This document shows positions 20,983 through 32,596 of a stretch of 64,000 bases of DNA, in pieces. Numbering within the stretch: position 1 is the first letter of the stretch; each line of letters opens with the position of its first letter. The notes beneath the pieces were generated by a model that was not told the origin of the DNA, did no database searches, and saw nothing but the letters and a program-made list of their open reading frames with translations. The translations under genes and the position numbers were made by a program. The DNA comes from Pseudogymnoascus verrucosus (taxonomy: Eukaryota), in assembly GCA_001662655.1 (NCBI GenBank), contig KV460206.1. One strand, 5' to 3'.

Positions 20983-22380
20983 ATGTCTCTCTCCAACAAG
21001 TTATCCATCACTGACGTGTCCGTCAAGGACAAGAAGGTCCTGATCAGAGTACGTTGACTCAGCTTATGGAGGTGTTTATCCTCTGTTAAAATACATCATT
21101 GACAACGGTGTTGTAAACAGGTCGACTTCAACGTCCCTCTCGACTCCAAGAAGAACGTCACCAACACACAGCGTATCGCCGGTGCCATCCCAACCATCAA
21201 GTATGCCATCGACAACGGCGCCAAGACTGTTGTCTTGATGTCCCACTTGGGCCGCCCAGATGGCAAGGTCAACGACGAGTTCTCGCTCAAGCCTGTCGTT
21301 CCAGAGCTCGAGAAGCTTCTCGGCTGCAGCGTCACCTTCGCTCCTGACTGCGTCGGACCAAAGGTCGAGGAGATTGTCAACAACGCCAAGAACGGCGAGG
21401 TCGTTCTCTTGGAGAACTTGCGCTTCCACGCTGAGGAGGAGGGAAGCAGCAAGGATGCTGACGGAAAGAAGGTCAAGGCTTCGAAGGAGAGCGTTGACAA
21501 GTTCCGCGAGGATCTTACCAAGCTTGCGGATGTCTTCATCAGTAAGTATTACTTCGATTTCTAGCACTCACTTCACCTGCGAATTTTGCGGAGAGATTCT
21601 AACATACAATTAGACGACGCTTTCGGAACCGCCCACCGCGCCCACAGCTCCATGGTCGGTGTAAACACCCCGCAGAAGGCCTCCGGCTTCCTCATGAAGA
21701 AGGAGCTCGAGTACTTCGCCAAGGCCATTGAGAGCCCTGAGCGCCCATTCCTCGCCATCCTCGGAGGTGCCAAGGTCAGCGACAAGATCCAGCTGATCGA
21801 CAACCTTCTCGGCAAGGTCGACTCGCTCATCATCTGCGGTGGCATGTCTTTCACCTTCAAGAAGACCCTCGAGGGCGTCAAGATCGGCAACAGCTTGTTC
21901 GATGAGGCTGGCAGCAAGATCGTCGGCGACCTGGTCGAGAAGGCCAAGAAGAACAACGTCAAGCTTGTCCTGCCAGTTGACTACATCACCGGCGACAAGT
22001 TCGCCCCTGATGCGACGACCGGCACCGCCACCGATGAGTCCGGCATTCCTGACGGATGGATGGGACTCGACTGCGGACCCAAGTCCATTGAGCTCATCAA
22101 CCAGACCATCAACGAGGCCAAGACCGTCCTCTGGAACGGCCCACCAGGTGTCTTCGAGTTCGAGGCCTTCGCCAACGGCACCAAGAAGATCCTGGACTGC
22201 GCTGTCGCCGCCGCACAAAACGGAAAGACCGTCATCATCGGAGGTGGTGACACCGCGACCGTTGCGGCCAAGTACGGTGTTGAGGACAAGCTGAGCCACG
22301 TCTCTACCGGTGGCGGTGCCAGCTTGGAGCTGTTGGAGGGCAAGGAGCTCCCCGGTGTCTCTGCCCTGTCGAGTAAGTAG
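20983..22380 (+). CDS. PGK1: Phosphoglycerate kinase
   Basis: [12 protein letters not shown]...[50 protein letters not shown]. Introns 21049-21120 and ~21542-21613. Confidence 0.98.
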
Positions 22381-22668
22381 ATTTAGAAAAGTGCTGGCAC
22401 ATATAGCAATTTAGAGCAGCTCTGATGTTGCTAGATCTATCTCTAAAATCGAAACTGCGTCTGTGAGCTTGGAATGTGATAGCATAAAATGGCATAGCAT
22501 TTGTACATGTGTTTCAAAGTCACAAATGATCTGATGGTCCTGATAGCTTGTGTGAGGCGTTTGTATTATTTGCGCAAACAGCTGCCTTCTATGCTATGCA
22601 TTGCATTGGTGATTGGCCTTCCTGACTCCGAATATAATGTGTCTCCCTTTAGCTTCCAAACTCCCAGT

Positions 22669-23361
22669 TCACCTCTTTTTGCTCGCCTCCACCTTCTTTA
22701 GTTCCTCCCTGTGATAGACGTCGCGTTAGTATGCTGATATAATATTCGGAGGGGCGTGATTGGGGTTGTGGGGTGCATGTAGGATGCTGACATACTTTAA
22801 CTGTGCAGAGAAGTCCTCGCTAGTATCATCATCATCCCAGCTCTCCTCCCAAAGATGTGTGTTGTCGCCTGGTACTTCGGTCTCTTCTTGTGTCCAATCT
22901 GTGATGGCATAAGTTAGTTATTGCTCTTGCTTGGTTGTGTATGTACCTGGCACAGTTCGTAATGAAGACGCAGAGCACACGACGAGGGTGAAGTAGACTG
23001 CCTGCTCTGGCAGGTTCCTAGAAACTACTGCGGAATCTATGAGATCTGATGGATTGCGTCGCCAAAGGAACACAAGACTGCCACTTGGTGTCATAGCTCT
23101 GCGCTCTCAGAGTTGAGAGCTTGGTTCGGGCGAGTTTCGGCGCTTTATCTCGTGCGGACCAACACCGTATTAAAGAAGCAGGTAAAGAGAGAGTGATGCA
23201 AAAAGTCCAACGAAAAGCATATTCTTCATACCATCTACAGGGAAGTCCTCAAACTCATCATCCTCCTCCAAGGTAACAGTCGGCTTCGAGTCTTTGGCGG
23301 GTGTCGCGGCCTCTGCCTTGTTGTTTGCTGGCGCCTTGCCAGAAGCTGGAGCTGTGGACAT
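22669..23361 (-). CDS. SEM1: 26S proteasome subunit Sem1/DSS1
   Basis: LEEDDEFEDFPVD|DWTQEETEVPGDNTHLWEESWDDDDTSEDFSAQLK|EELKKVEASKKR; three exons. Confidence 0.95.
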
Positions 23362-23940
23362 CGTGTTCGGCTTTATGTGTTCGTTGGAGGTATCAAGGAA
23401 TCTGGTTGTGTTGTAGGTTGCTGTTAAGAGTGACTGGGAGTCGTATGTCCTTGTCGCGATAGACCAGTTGCGGCTTTGAAATGCATAGATGGAGCTAGAG
23501 CCATCCGTAGTCCGCCTTACCTAACGTTCGCAGAAGCGCAAACGCCAGAGAGCGCGATAAGCTATTAGCGCGATTTGGCAGGGTAGCTTAACCCCAGGGC
23601 TCCAGGGCTGGACCGGATCCATCGGCGTTATCGGGGGTTAATTCAGCTCAAAGATGATGTAAATGCGTGAAAGCCTTGAAGCAGGTTGACGCGGCCCCGG
23701 CCACAGCCGCCAGAGGATCCAACGTTACTTCTTCCTTATTTTTTTTCCATGTTGTAAGATATTACTGTATACGCTTGATTTCCTTCGTACCCCGTCGTTC
23801 TTGCTTAAACCCTTTTCCCAAGACGGAACTTGTCGGACCCTTGGTTTTCTATAACCCTCCATGTCAGCATTTGCCTCCTTCGTGTGAATTTGTTCAACAC
23901 AACCCAGGGCTATTCCACAGCACTGCTCAGAGGCTACATT

Positions 23941-26183
23941 ATGGTCGGCCTTGGATGGCTTCGCGGCGGAGCAAAATCAGAGCCTGTAACTTCGCCCAAA
24001 ACTCCAGCTGATGAGCTGAAGCAACTCGAGCATGCCCTGGCAGCTGTAATATGGATTATGTCGGATGACGTCGATGCGGCGGACAATGCACTGCACGAAG
24101 AGACGTCCTCTTTCCATTATCTCGGCCGTGGGGTTACGCAGTTTTTACGATCAGTCCTGGGATTTGAACAAGATGTTATGAAGGAAGCATCCAACAGACT
24201 TGCGGCAGCTGAGGCATCATCTTGGGCGGACCTGAAACGGGCGCAAAAGGACCACAAGTCATACCAGTCAAGGCTGTATTCTCCAGGAGCAGAGTATGCA
24301 TTATGCTACGCAGAATCTCAGATGATGAGCGCAGTGGTTGGCGTGCTGAACGAGAGCTTGACGGAGAGTATTAAAGGATTCTATAAGCTCAGAAAGGCCT
24401 ACTTTACTCTGGATTCGATCATGCAGGAGGAGGCGGCATTTATGCGCAAACAACGGGGAGAGCAGAGTACTTCAAATGGAGATGCGCCGAGAAGACCATC
24501 TATGCCTGGGAGCTTCGATGAAGGAGAATTTACGGATTTAACGGACTCGAGGGACGTTAGTCAGACGAACCTAGCCGCAAAGGGTGCAGAATTGGTGGAA
24601 AAACAGAGTCCAGACGATAGCGATTTAGAATTTTTGGATGCAGATGAATCGAAGGCTGGAATTGAGACTACAGCGAATTACCTTGGCCACACCATTTCCA
24701 ATGAGGAATTTGAGCTCCGAGCCGCCAATGCTTCAGCAGGCACAAAAAATGGCGAAAAGGAAGGCGAGATGCTGCGAACACCTACAGTTACATCCGCAAA
24801 ATCCAAAGCATCATCTCACCAAGCCCCAGAGGCCGAGTTTTTTGCCAATCCCATGGACCTCTTCATCCACTCTGGCACTAATTTATGCTACGGACTCGTC
24901 CTTCTGATTATTTCCATGGTCCCTCCAGCTTTTAACAAACTTCTTTACATCATAGGCTTCCAAGGTGATCGTGGACGGGGTATCAGGCTCTTATGGCAGG
25001 CAACTAAGTTCGACAACATCAATGGCGCTGTTGCTGGGCTTGTGCTCCTTAGCTACTACAATGCCGTTGTTGGCTTTTGCGATATCGTTCTCACCGATAA
25101 AGATGCGAGAGAGGATGATTCCACAGCATTTTCAATGGCTAAATGCAACGACCTTATTGAGACCATGAAATCACGCTACCCAACTTCCCGATTGTGGCGC
25201 CTAGAAGAGGCCAGAAAAGAGGCTACGAACCACAATTTAAAGGGTGCAATCCAGATTCTCAACAACAACCAAGATAGTAAAACGAAACAAATCCTGGCTT
25301 TGAATATGTTCGAAAAAAGCTTGTGTTCTATGAGTCTCCACGAGTTCGAGCTTTGCACAGAAAGCTTCGTCGAATGTACGACATTGAACAGCTGGAGCCA
25401 TCCCTTATATATCTTCGCTGCTGGATCAGCACAAGTGGAGCTTTACCGTAAACACAGGATTTCTAATCCAGAGCTTGCGAAGAAGCACAAAGACAGGGCC
25501 ACAGGACTGTTACGGAAGGCTCCAACGTTGACCGGGAAGAGACGCTTTATGGCGAAGCAACTACCATTTGATATCTACGTGGCCCGCAAAGTTCAAAAAT
25601 GGGAAGAACGTGAAAAGGAATGGAAAGTGGACCTCGTGGACGCCATTGGTGTCAGCCCCCTAGAGGAAATAATCTACTTGTGGAATGGTTATAAGAGGAT
25701 GCGACCAGAAGAGCTACAAGTCTCCCTGCAGACCTTGAATTGGGACAATGCCACTCATCCCGAGAAGTTCAAGGCTGATATGGATGAGGTTGGACTTCAA
25801 GCGTTGATGCATGGGGCTGTTTTGAGATATCTTGGGAAATTCACGGAGGCACGGCAGTTGCTGACGGAGAATATCGTTAGCCGCGACAAGTAAGCCCGCT
25901 AGAGTTCCGTAACTGCTCGTATACTAACCTATTTACTAGGAATGTCTTCAAAGGCCACCTCTACGACGACTGGAATTGTCCCTCTGCGTATTACGAAATG
26001 GCAGTGATATCATGGATGGAAAGAGACCTGCCGGGCATGGATAGCAAAGCTAAGCTAGTGGAGTGCGAGCAATGGCTAAACAAAGTCGCAAAATGGGAGA
26101 CATCATATGTTTTGGACGCTCGTATTGGGATGAAGGTTACTACCGGATTGGATACGATCAAAAGGTGTCGCCCAAGGGTGTAA
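23941..26183 (+). CDS. IML2: Iml2/TTC39 family TPR-like protein (inclusion body clearance)
   Basis: ALCYAESQMMSAVVGVLNESLTESIKGFYKLRKAY, FIHSGTNLCYG, IIGFQGDR, WSHPLY, YVLDARIGMKV. Intron 25890-25939. Confidence 0.88.
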
Positions 26184-26664
26184 ATTATTGGTACAGGGCT
26201 TGAATAGGATACATATGGGTTTGGATTAGAGAAAAGCATTTATTGGCGAAATAAAATGCTTGTTACATATGAAACTGATAGAAGAAATTTGGCGTTCTTT
26301 GGCGTGGAATAAAAGCAGTTTGAAGTAGTTTTGATATTCATCAGTTGTTCTCACGTGCCTACTTACCGTTCTGCGTCGCTGTTTGATAGGAAAACTATAG
26401 CCTCGTCTATGCGAGGCTACCGTAGGCCAAATATAGGTTAGTGGTGGTAATAAGTACCTTGTATCAATGACGGCCCGACACCTTCCAAGCACATCCATGA
26501 GAGCCGACACCTACAGACAAATATCCGAGGGGTTCTTGACAACGTTTTATATCAGTTCAGCAGTCTTATCACTTCCGGAGTATATGGCGCCATAGCGAAT
26601 CTTACATTCGAATGCGAACACCTCCCCTGGAGCACCACTAGCCTCGCTATACTTGCGCCCAGCC

Positions 26665-28419
26665 ATGTCCCAGATCCCCGCGAGGAACATGAGCAGCCCA
26701 CCCCCAGGGTCTCCGATCCAAGACTCTTCAAATCTAACAGAATCTGGCGTTATAGTGGATGTCCCACAAGGTTCGCGGCCGGAGAGCAGTCAAGAGAACG
26801 AAACTAAAACGGATGCGCCTGGTCCCTTCGAATCCGAGAGGGCTGAACCTCGGCACTGTTGGATTTGCCTCCAAGACGAGGGCGACGACTCGCCAGAGCA
26901 CTCACAATGGCGGTCGCCATGCCCTTGCAATCTTCAAGCCCACGAGGAGTGTCTACTAGAATGGATTACCGACATCCAGGCGCAGCCATCTGGGGGGACG
27001 AGTATGAGCAAGAAGGTGTTATGCCCGCAATGCAAGTCTGAAATCAAGGTGGAAAGGCCAATCGAGCTTGTAGTCGCCGTTACGGACCTTATTTCCGCCA
27101 TAGGACAACAACTGCTTTTCCCAACTGGGGCAGGCATGCTGCTTGGATGCTTATACTCTGGGTCTATGGTGTATGGGTTCAACGCTATAGAGCTGGTATT
27201 CGGTGGGGAGGAGGGCCGTCGGATGTTATTCGCAGCAAGAGAGACCCCGTCATTAATCCGACAGATCCTTCCAGGCGCTGTCATAGATTGGTTCTTTACA
27301 GTCCTGAGAATGACGGATCCGTTCGTACCTACTTCGGGTGGTACCTGGGTCTTTGGAGTCGCACCTTTAATTGCCCCTGCGCTTCTCCTGTCTCGCACCC
27401 ACATCGCGGACCGCACATTCTCGATGGTGCCCCTAATGGTAAGTGTCCTAATACCCATGGATCTTCCAAAGCTGCAGTGGAAACGATCTAACAAGTAGTA
27501 GTACCTTTTGTTTCCCGTAAACCACCATATCCCACACTGGCCGCCGTCCCCCGGCCTCGCCCTCGCCACCCTCCCATACATACGCTCTGCCTATAACGAG
27601 CTGTACTCCTCCCTTTTTGCGGACCTCGAGAATGGCTGGAACCTCGCTGTCCAGCGTAGACCGCGCGAAGGCGAGACCGCCGAAGACGTCGCCCATGGAC
27701 AGCACGCCCGCGCCGACGAGGGCAACATTCTAGATTTCGAAGTGGAAATCATCAACGTTGAAGAGGGGCATGGCGCACTGAACCCACCTGCGGGTCCGCC
27801 CCCGCATGTAATCAACCTGGGTGTTCCTGAAGCGCATGGTGCACTGAACCCACCTGCCGGCCCGCCCCCACATATAAACCTCCACCTGGATGCCCCTGAA
27901 GGGCAGCCGCAGAATGTAGAGATGCCCAACCAACCGCAGGCTGAGGAACCACAGGGAGAACCGCAACAAGCTGGAGCTCAACAGGAAGGGCAACCGCCAC
28001 CACCACTGGCAGGTCAGCCTGCGCCGCCTAATGGGGTCCCAGCAGCGGGTAACGAACCCTGGGAGTTTAGGCAGAACATATCGACGGCGCAAGTAGCGCG
28101 CTCTATGATCGGTGCGCTCTTCTTCCCAGCCGTCTCGTCGCTCATGGGAGACTTGATTTTCCGCACTGCGCCGTCGACCTGGGTCATGAAGCCGGTGAAG
28201 AAATTTAGCTTGCAGCAGCTGCAAGCGACGGGGCTGCTACAGGAGAAGTGGGGCAGGAGCATTGTGGGGGGTTGCTTGTTTGTGGTGCTTAAAGATGCAC
28301 TGACTCTGTACTGTAAGTGGCGCAAGGCGAAGCATCAGGGGAAGAGGAAGGTGCTGGATTATGATAGGGGTAAGAATGGGAAGAATGGAAATAATGGGAA
28401 GAGGCAGGCTGCAAGGTAG
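26665..28419 (+). CDS. RING-CH (MARCH5-like) membrane E3 ubiquitin ligase
   Basis: CWICLQD...WRSPCPCNLQAHEECLLEWI...CPQC (RINGv), TM segments, GALFFPAVSSLMG, RSIVGGCLFVVLKDA. Intron 27439-27501. Confidence 0.85.
27765..27890 (+). repeat. Coding tandem duplication (~66 nt) HGALNPPAGPPPH in the RING-CH ligase
   Basis: Two near-identical copies of catgg(c/t)gcactgaacccacctgc..ccgccccc.cat. Confidence 0.8.
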
Positions 28420-28903
28420 CGGTGGCGGAGATGAGCATGATGATTGCATTGATGGGAGTTTGGAGGCATTTCTAGGGAGTTACATAGGGTTGGATTCAGA
28501 AGTGGCAAACCTATGGGCATTTATATGCCTCAATTATAATACCTTGGGCCCTAGAAGGATTTTATACAGAATACAACAGACATCACTTGTTAAGAGGATA
28601 TGGGCGAGTGTAACTAGTACAAGTCTCTGGGCCATTCATATAATCAAAGGAGTCACAATCATGATTGAAGACGGCATGTGAGTAGCTGAAATGTGCGGAT
28701 CAGCTCGCTTTCATTCGTCAGCAAGTCCTAGTTCCAATATACCAGCCTCGCTAAACAGATACAACAGCCGCATCCGCAGCCATGGAGGTAAGAGTTAACA
28801 CCAAAGGTAGCAAGTGCAGAAATAGCCGTAGCCCCTGCTTGTCTTGCAATGCACACAAAATGAGAGAGAACGCAAAATCAAAGTTGCCGTACAGGTAAGG
28901 ATA

Positions 28904-31900
28904 TTAGAACCCCGAGCCCGGCGCAGACATCCCGGACGAGAAGCGATTAGACGGCGTCGCATTGGCGCTGGTGGCAATCGGGCTGCCTATGTCACCAGGT
29001 GCACCGACAGGCCGAAGAGAGCCACCCCCTGAGTCAGGTTCATGGCGGATCAAGACGCGGCCATCTCGCTCGTTCCGTACATCAAAGAATCCACCGCCAT
29101 TATTCGGGTTGCCTTCTGTCTCGCACAGATCTAGTAGCTCTTTGTCTGAGACAGTGTCATCGCGAGTTGTGTTGATGCGGTTAATTTGCTCGCGAACAGC
29201 ATTGATGGGAAAGAAGCCATCGGGCGTGGAGCCTTCGAGTAGCTTACATGCTCTGCAGAGCATCAATCGTACGGCAACAGACCGAGGTTGTGACGGCCTT
29301 GCTGGTAGTCCGCTGACGTTACCAAACCCGCTTGGCGCCGAGTTACCCCAGCCACTCATGAAGCCTGAACCAGGTAGAGATCCTGAACCAAATGGATTGG
29401 GAGGTCCACCCCAGGTACCATATGACCCTGGGCTTGAAAATGCCGACGGATCCATGCTATATGGCTGTCCAAACCCACCCTGTCGACTAAGACTACCAGG
29501 CGCTGCGCTGGAACGTCGAGTATTAATAGCGATTGGCTCATCCGAGTCATCTAGTAATGCACTGCTTCCAAGGTGGCCTGCTAGGTCGTCGATATCGGCG
29601 TCAGAACGCTGGCCTTGCACGACGCTTCCAGGGCGACCAATCGGAGCAGGTCGCGCAATAGGTTGGCCTGCGGCGGGTGGTGCATTAGGATCCGACAATG
29701 GTTTGTCAAACGACCCTGACTGTTGTCTGCTGTGCAGCTGGGATGGCCCAGGTTCTTTGTGGCCGCCAAATGGTTGCGATAGAGGTCCCATTCCATTCGA
29801 CATCTGTGACATGAATCCCGGCGGCGGAGCGTGTGGGCCGGGTAATCCCCTGCCTTGTGGCATAGGCATGTTGTTCATTCCAGGGTACATAGGCCCGGCA
29901 TTGTGACCAGACATCGGACGAAATTGGTTTCCAAACGACTGGTGTGGAAACATCGGTTCTTGATGCATCCTACCACCAAATCCAGGAGCCATTTGCGGCA
30001 AACCGGGCTGGAATCCATTCATACCCATAGGCGGTTGCATACCTGGAAATGGCGGAGGCCCGAATCCCGATTGAGGTCCCTTTAGAGTAGAATGCATAGG
30101 TGCATTTGCTTGGGGGTGATGTAGGAATGGCTGAGATGGAGTCCTGCTAGGAAGAGCCTGGGGGCCTGGGCTGTTCTGTAAAGGAGTTGAAGAATTCGGA
30201 GAAGTGCTCTGACTCCCTGAAGAACCAAACCGTGGCGTGTGAGGTATTGGCACTGCCGGTTCTCTTTGAGGTGGGTTCACTGGACGGTTAGGCGTTGGAG
30301 CTTTGGGAATTGCAGGCGTAACAACAGGAATATGGGGGTTGCTTGGCGTCTGCCATGATTGGTGTCCTCCAGGGGTGGGAATGGAAATAGGCTGCTGTTG
30401 GCGTTTATTTTGCTGTTGGGCAGCCTCTTCGCGCTTACGGTTGTCGCCCGCCTCCTTATCTGCCTTGGCCTTCAACTCAGCTTCCTTCTTTTCCTTCTCT
30501 TGCTTCTCCTTCTTCTCTCGTAGCTCCTTCTCCTTGACTTCCTTGGCCTCTTTCTCCTTTTGCCTTAGCTCTTCCTTCTCCTTTTTCTCACGCTCCTTGG
30601 TTTCACGTGCCTTGCGTTCTTGCTCAGCCTGCCGTTCTCGCTGTTCTTGAACCCGGCGTTGTTTCTCTGCTTCCTTTCTTAACCGCTCTTCGTCTTCGGC
30701 CTTCTTCTGAGCTTCGCGCTTCCTGCGTTTCTCCTCAGCTCTCAGCCGAGCTTCTTCAGCCTTCGCAGCTTCCTCGGCTAGTCGCGCAGCTTCTTCGGCA
30801 GCTTTCTCGGCGTCTCGCCTGGCTTTCTCCTCAGCAAGGACCAGCTTCTTTTGCGCAGCTTTCTCCTTTTTCTTCTGGGCTTCCTTAGCTTTCTTTGCCT
30901 TCTTCTGCATAATGGCCATATCTTCTTCATCGAGCTCCTGTAGAAGCTTTTCTTGGCGTTCGGCGGCAACTTTCTCTTTATAAGCTGTGAGTACCCGCTG
31001 CTCGAACATTCTGGCCGCAAATATTTGGAACATCCTCCTCCCTTCTTCCATACGTTGTTCTTCCGTCATGGCATCCTGGGCTGGATTAGCCGAATTCAAA
31101 GCATCATCGGTGTGAGAGGGTACCATTTCCTCTTCGTCGTACTCCCCATCCTGGCTATCATACTCATCCTCCTCCTCCTCGTCATCATAATCCTCATCTT
31201 CCTCAGGGGCCGGTGGGTGGTTATGATGTGAGTGGTGTGTATGAGTTTGCATGCCATTCGGATGCGGGTAACCGTTCGGGGTATAATGTTCTTTAGCATC
31301 TTCCTCTCGCGCCATCCTCCGCTCAGCTAACTGTTCCATCATCTCAATGAATTTCTTGCCGTCGTTTTTCAGAAGATCATCTGCAACTGTGAGTATACCA
31401 CCTAGAAATCGTATTAGCACAATGGAGAGTAGTTCACGCATATATATATAGTTACCTTGCACCGTGAGACTCTGCCCAAAGTTGAAGAAATCAGTTGCAT
31501 GGCTCCTTGCAATCTCTTCCGGAGGGTCCTCGTCGCTAATATAGTCTTCTTCCTCTGCTTCATCCTCACTGTATTCCTCGTCTCCTTCATCTTCTTCTTC
31601 ATCATCACCAAATTGCTCTACTATTCGGCCACGAGAAGGCTGTCGACCATTAAAAGCAGGGGGCAATCGATTTGGTGGTTGAAGGCCGCTTAGCGCGCCA
31701 AAACGTTGCGACCCAGGCATCATTGGCGGTGGTCGGTCCCCATGCTGGTTGTTCGCGTACTGTTCCAATTCCTCATAGTATGCGTCATACAGAACTTCCA
31801 GCTCTTCTTCAATAGCTATGCGCTTGCGCCCGCATACTGTGCAACTACACGAATGCTTCTGCTGCTCCTTCATCTTTTTAAGCACAGCATCTTTCTCCAC

Positions 31901-32596
31901 TTTGACGAGGGACCTGCGCTCTTCCTCTCCAAGAGAAAGCCAAAAGACCTTGATCCTTTCACGTTCTTCTTGCGAAGATGTGTTCCAAATCTTTTCCTTC
32001 GACATGCCAACTGCTTGAGAGGGTGCGCCCGCTGCTGCAGTTGAAGATGACGCTAGGGCGGTCTGGTCGGACTGAGCGCTTTTGCCTTTTCCCTTCCTCT
32101 TCCCCGGCTTTGCAGTCATATTTGTAGGTGGTGGAGATAAACTATGCGGCGGAGACACGCTGTGCTCATATGACCCGGAGTAGCCATCTCCCTCGTCGTC
32201 GCTATAGTATACCCGGTCGCTTGTCGTATTTTCGAATGCCTGGTCTCCCTGGTATCCGGGGCTGGGCCCTGATTGAGCATCGCCCGCTCGACTTAAAGCC
32301 TCTGCTTCTGCTGCTATTTTTGCAGCCTGCTCTGCTAGCTTTTGCCTTCGTTTTTGTTTCTTCTTATTTACCGATGGCGCACTAGCTTGTTCTGCGGGCG
32401 ATGGGTTTATTGCGTCTGCGTTTGCCTTCGCTGTGGCTTGCGCCATGTTTGGGGATGTGTCAGACGAATCGGTTGAGTTGGAGAATTTTGGTATGGTTAT
32501 GAACTTGGAACCATCCTTGTTTGTATATTTCGAAGTCGTCGTTACTGCGTCTATGCCAGGCGATTGAGCAGGTTGCTGTTTTGGGTTCGTTCGCAT
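28904..32596 (-). CDS. NST1: Stress response protein Nst1
   Basis: KIWNTSSQEERERIKVFWLSLGEEERRSLVKVEKDAVLKKMKEQQKHSCSCTVCGRKR, GILTVADDLLKNDGKKFIEMMEQL, RMFQIFAARMFEQRV. Two in-frame introns, 31402-31455 and 31076-31123. Confidence 0.92.
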   Translation of the reverse strand: MRTNPKQQPAQSPGIDAVTTTSKYTNKDGSKFITIPKFSNSTDSSDTSPNMAQATAKANADAINPSPAEQASAPSVNKKKQKRRQKLAEQAAKIAAEAEALSRAGDAQSGPSPGYQGDQAFENTTSDRVYYSDDEGDGYSGSYEHSVSPPHSLSPPPTNMTAKPGKRKGKGKSAQSDQTALASSSTAAAGAPSQAVGMSKEKIWNTSSQEERERIKVFWLSLGEEERRSLVKVEKDAVLKKMKEQQKHSCSCTVCGRKRIAIEEELEVLYDAYYEELEQYANNQHGDRPPPMMPGSQRFGALSGLQPPNRLPPAFNGRQPSRGRIVEQFGDDEEEDEGDEEYSEDEAEEEDYISDEDPPEEIARSHATDFFNFGQSLTVQGNYIYMRELLSIVLIRFLGGILTVADDLLKNDGKKFIEMMEQLAERRMAREEDAKEHYTPNGYPHPNGMQTHTHHSHHNHPPAPEEDEDYDDEEEEDEYDSQDGEYDEEEMVPSHTDDALNSANPAQDAMTEEQRMEEGRRMFQIFAARMFEQRVLTAYKEKVAAERQEKLLQELDEEDMAIMQKKAKKAKEAQKKKEKAAQKKLVLAEEKARRDAEKAAEEAARLAEEAAKAEEARLRAEEKRRKREAQKKAEDEERLRKEAEKQRRVQEQRERQAEQERKARETKEREKKEKEELRQKEKEAKEVKEKELREKKEKQEKEKKEAELKAKADKEAGDNRKREEAAQQQNKRQQQPISIPTPGGHQSWQTPSNPHIPVVTPAIPKAPTPNRPVNPPQREPAVPIPHTPRFGSSGSQSTSPNSSTPLQNSPGPQALPSRTPSQPFLHHPQANAPMHSTLKGPQSGFGPPPFPGMQPPMGMNGFQPGLPQMAPGFGGRMHQEPMFPHQSFGNQFRPMSGHNAGPMYPGMNNMPMPQGRGLPGPHAPPPGFMSQMSNGMGPLSQPFGGHKEPGPSQLHSRQQSGSFDKPLSDPNAPPAAGQPIARPAPIGRPGSVVQGQRSDADIDDLAGHLGSSALLDDSDEPIAINTRRSSAAPGSLSRQGGFGQPYSMDPSAFSSPGSYGTWGGPPNPFGSGSLPGSGFMSGWGNSAPSGFGNVSGLPARPSQPRSVAVRLMLCRACKLLEGSTPDGFFPINAVREQINRINTTRDDTVSDKELLDLCETEGNPNNGGGFFDVRNERDGRVLIRHEPDSGGGSLRPVGAPGDIGSPIATSANATPSNRFSSGMSAPGSGF

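Noticed and set aside
21076..22343. Long antisense ORFs over PGK1 (also over ILV2, NST1 and the sugar porter)
   Set aside because: Shadow ORFs caused by strong codon bias of the sense genes; no recognisable domains.
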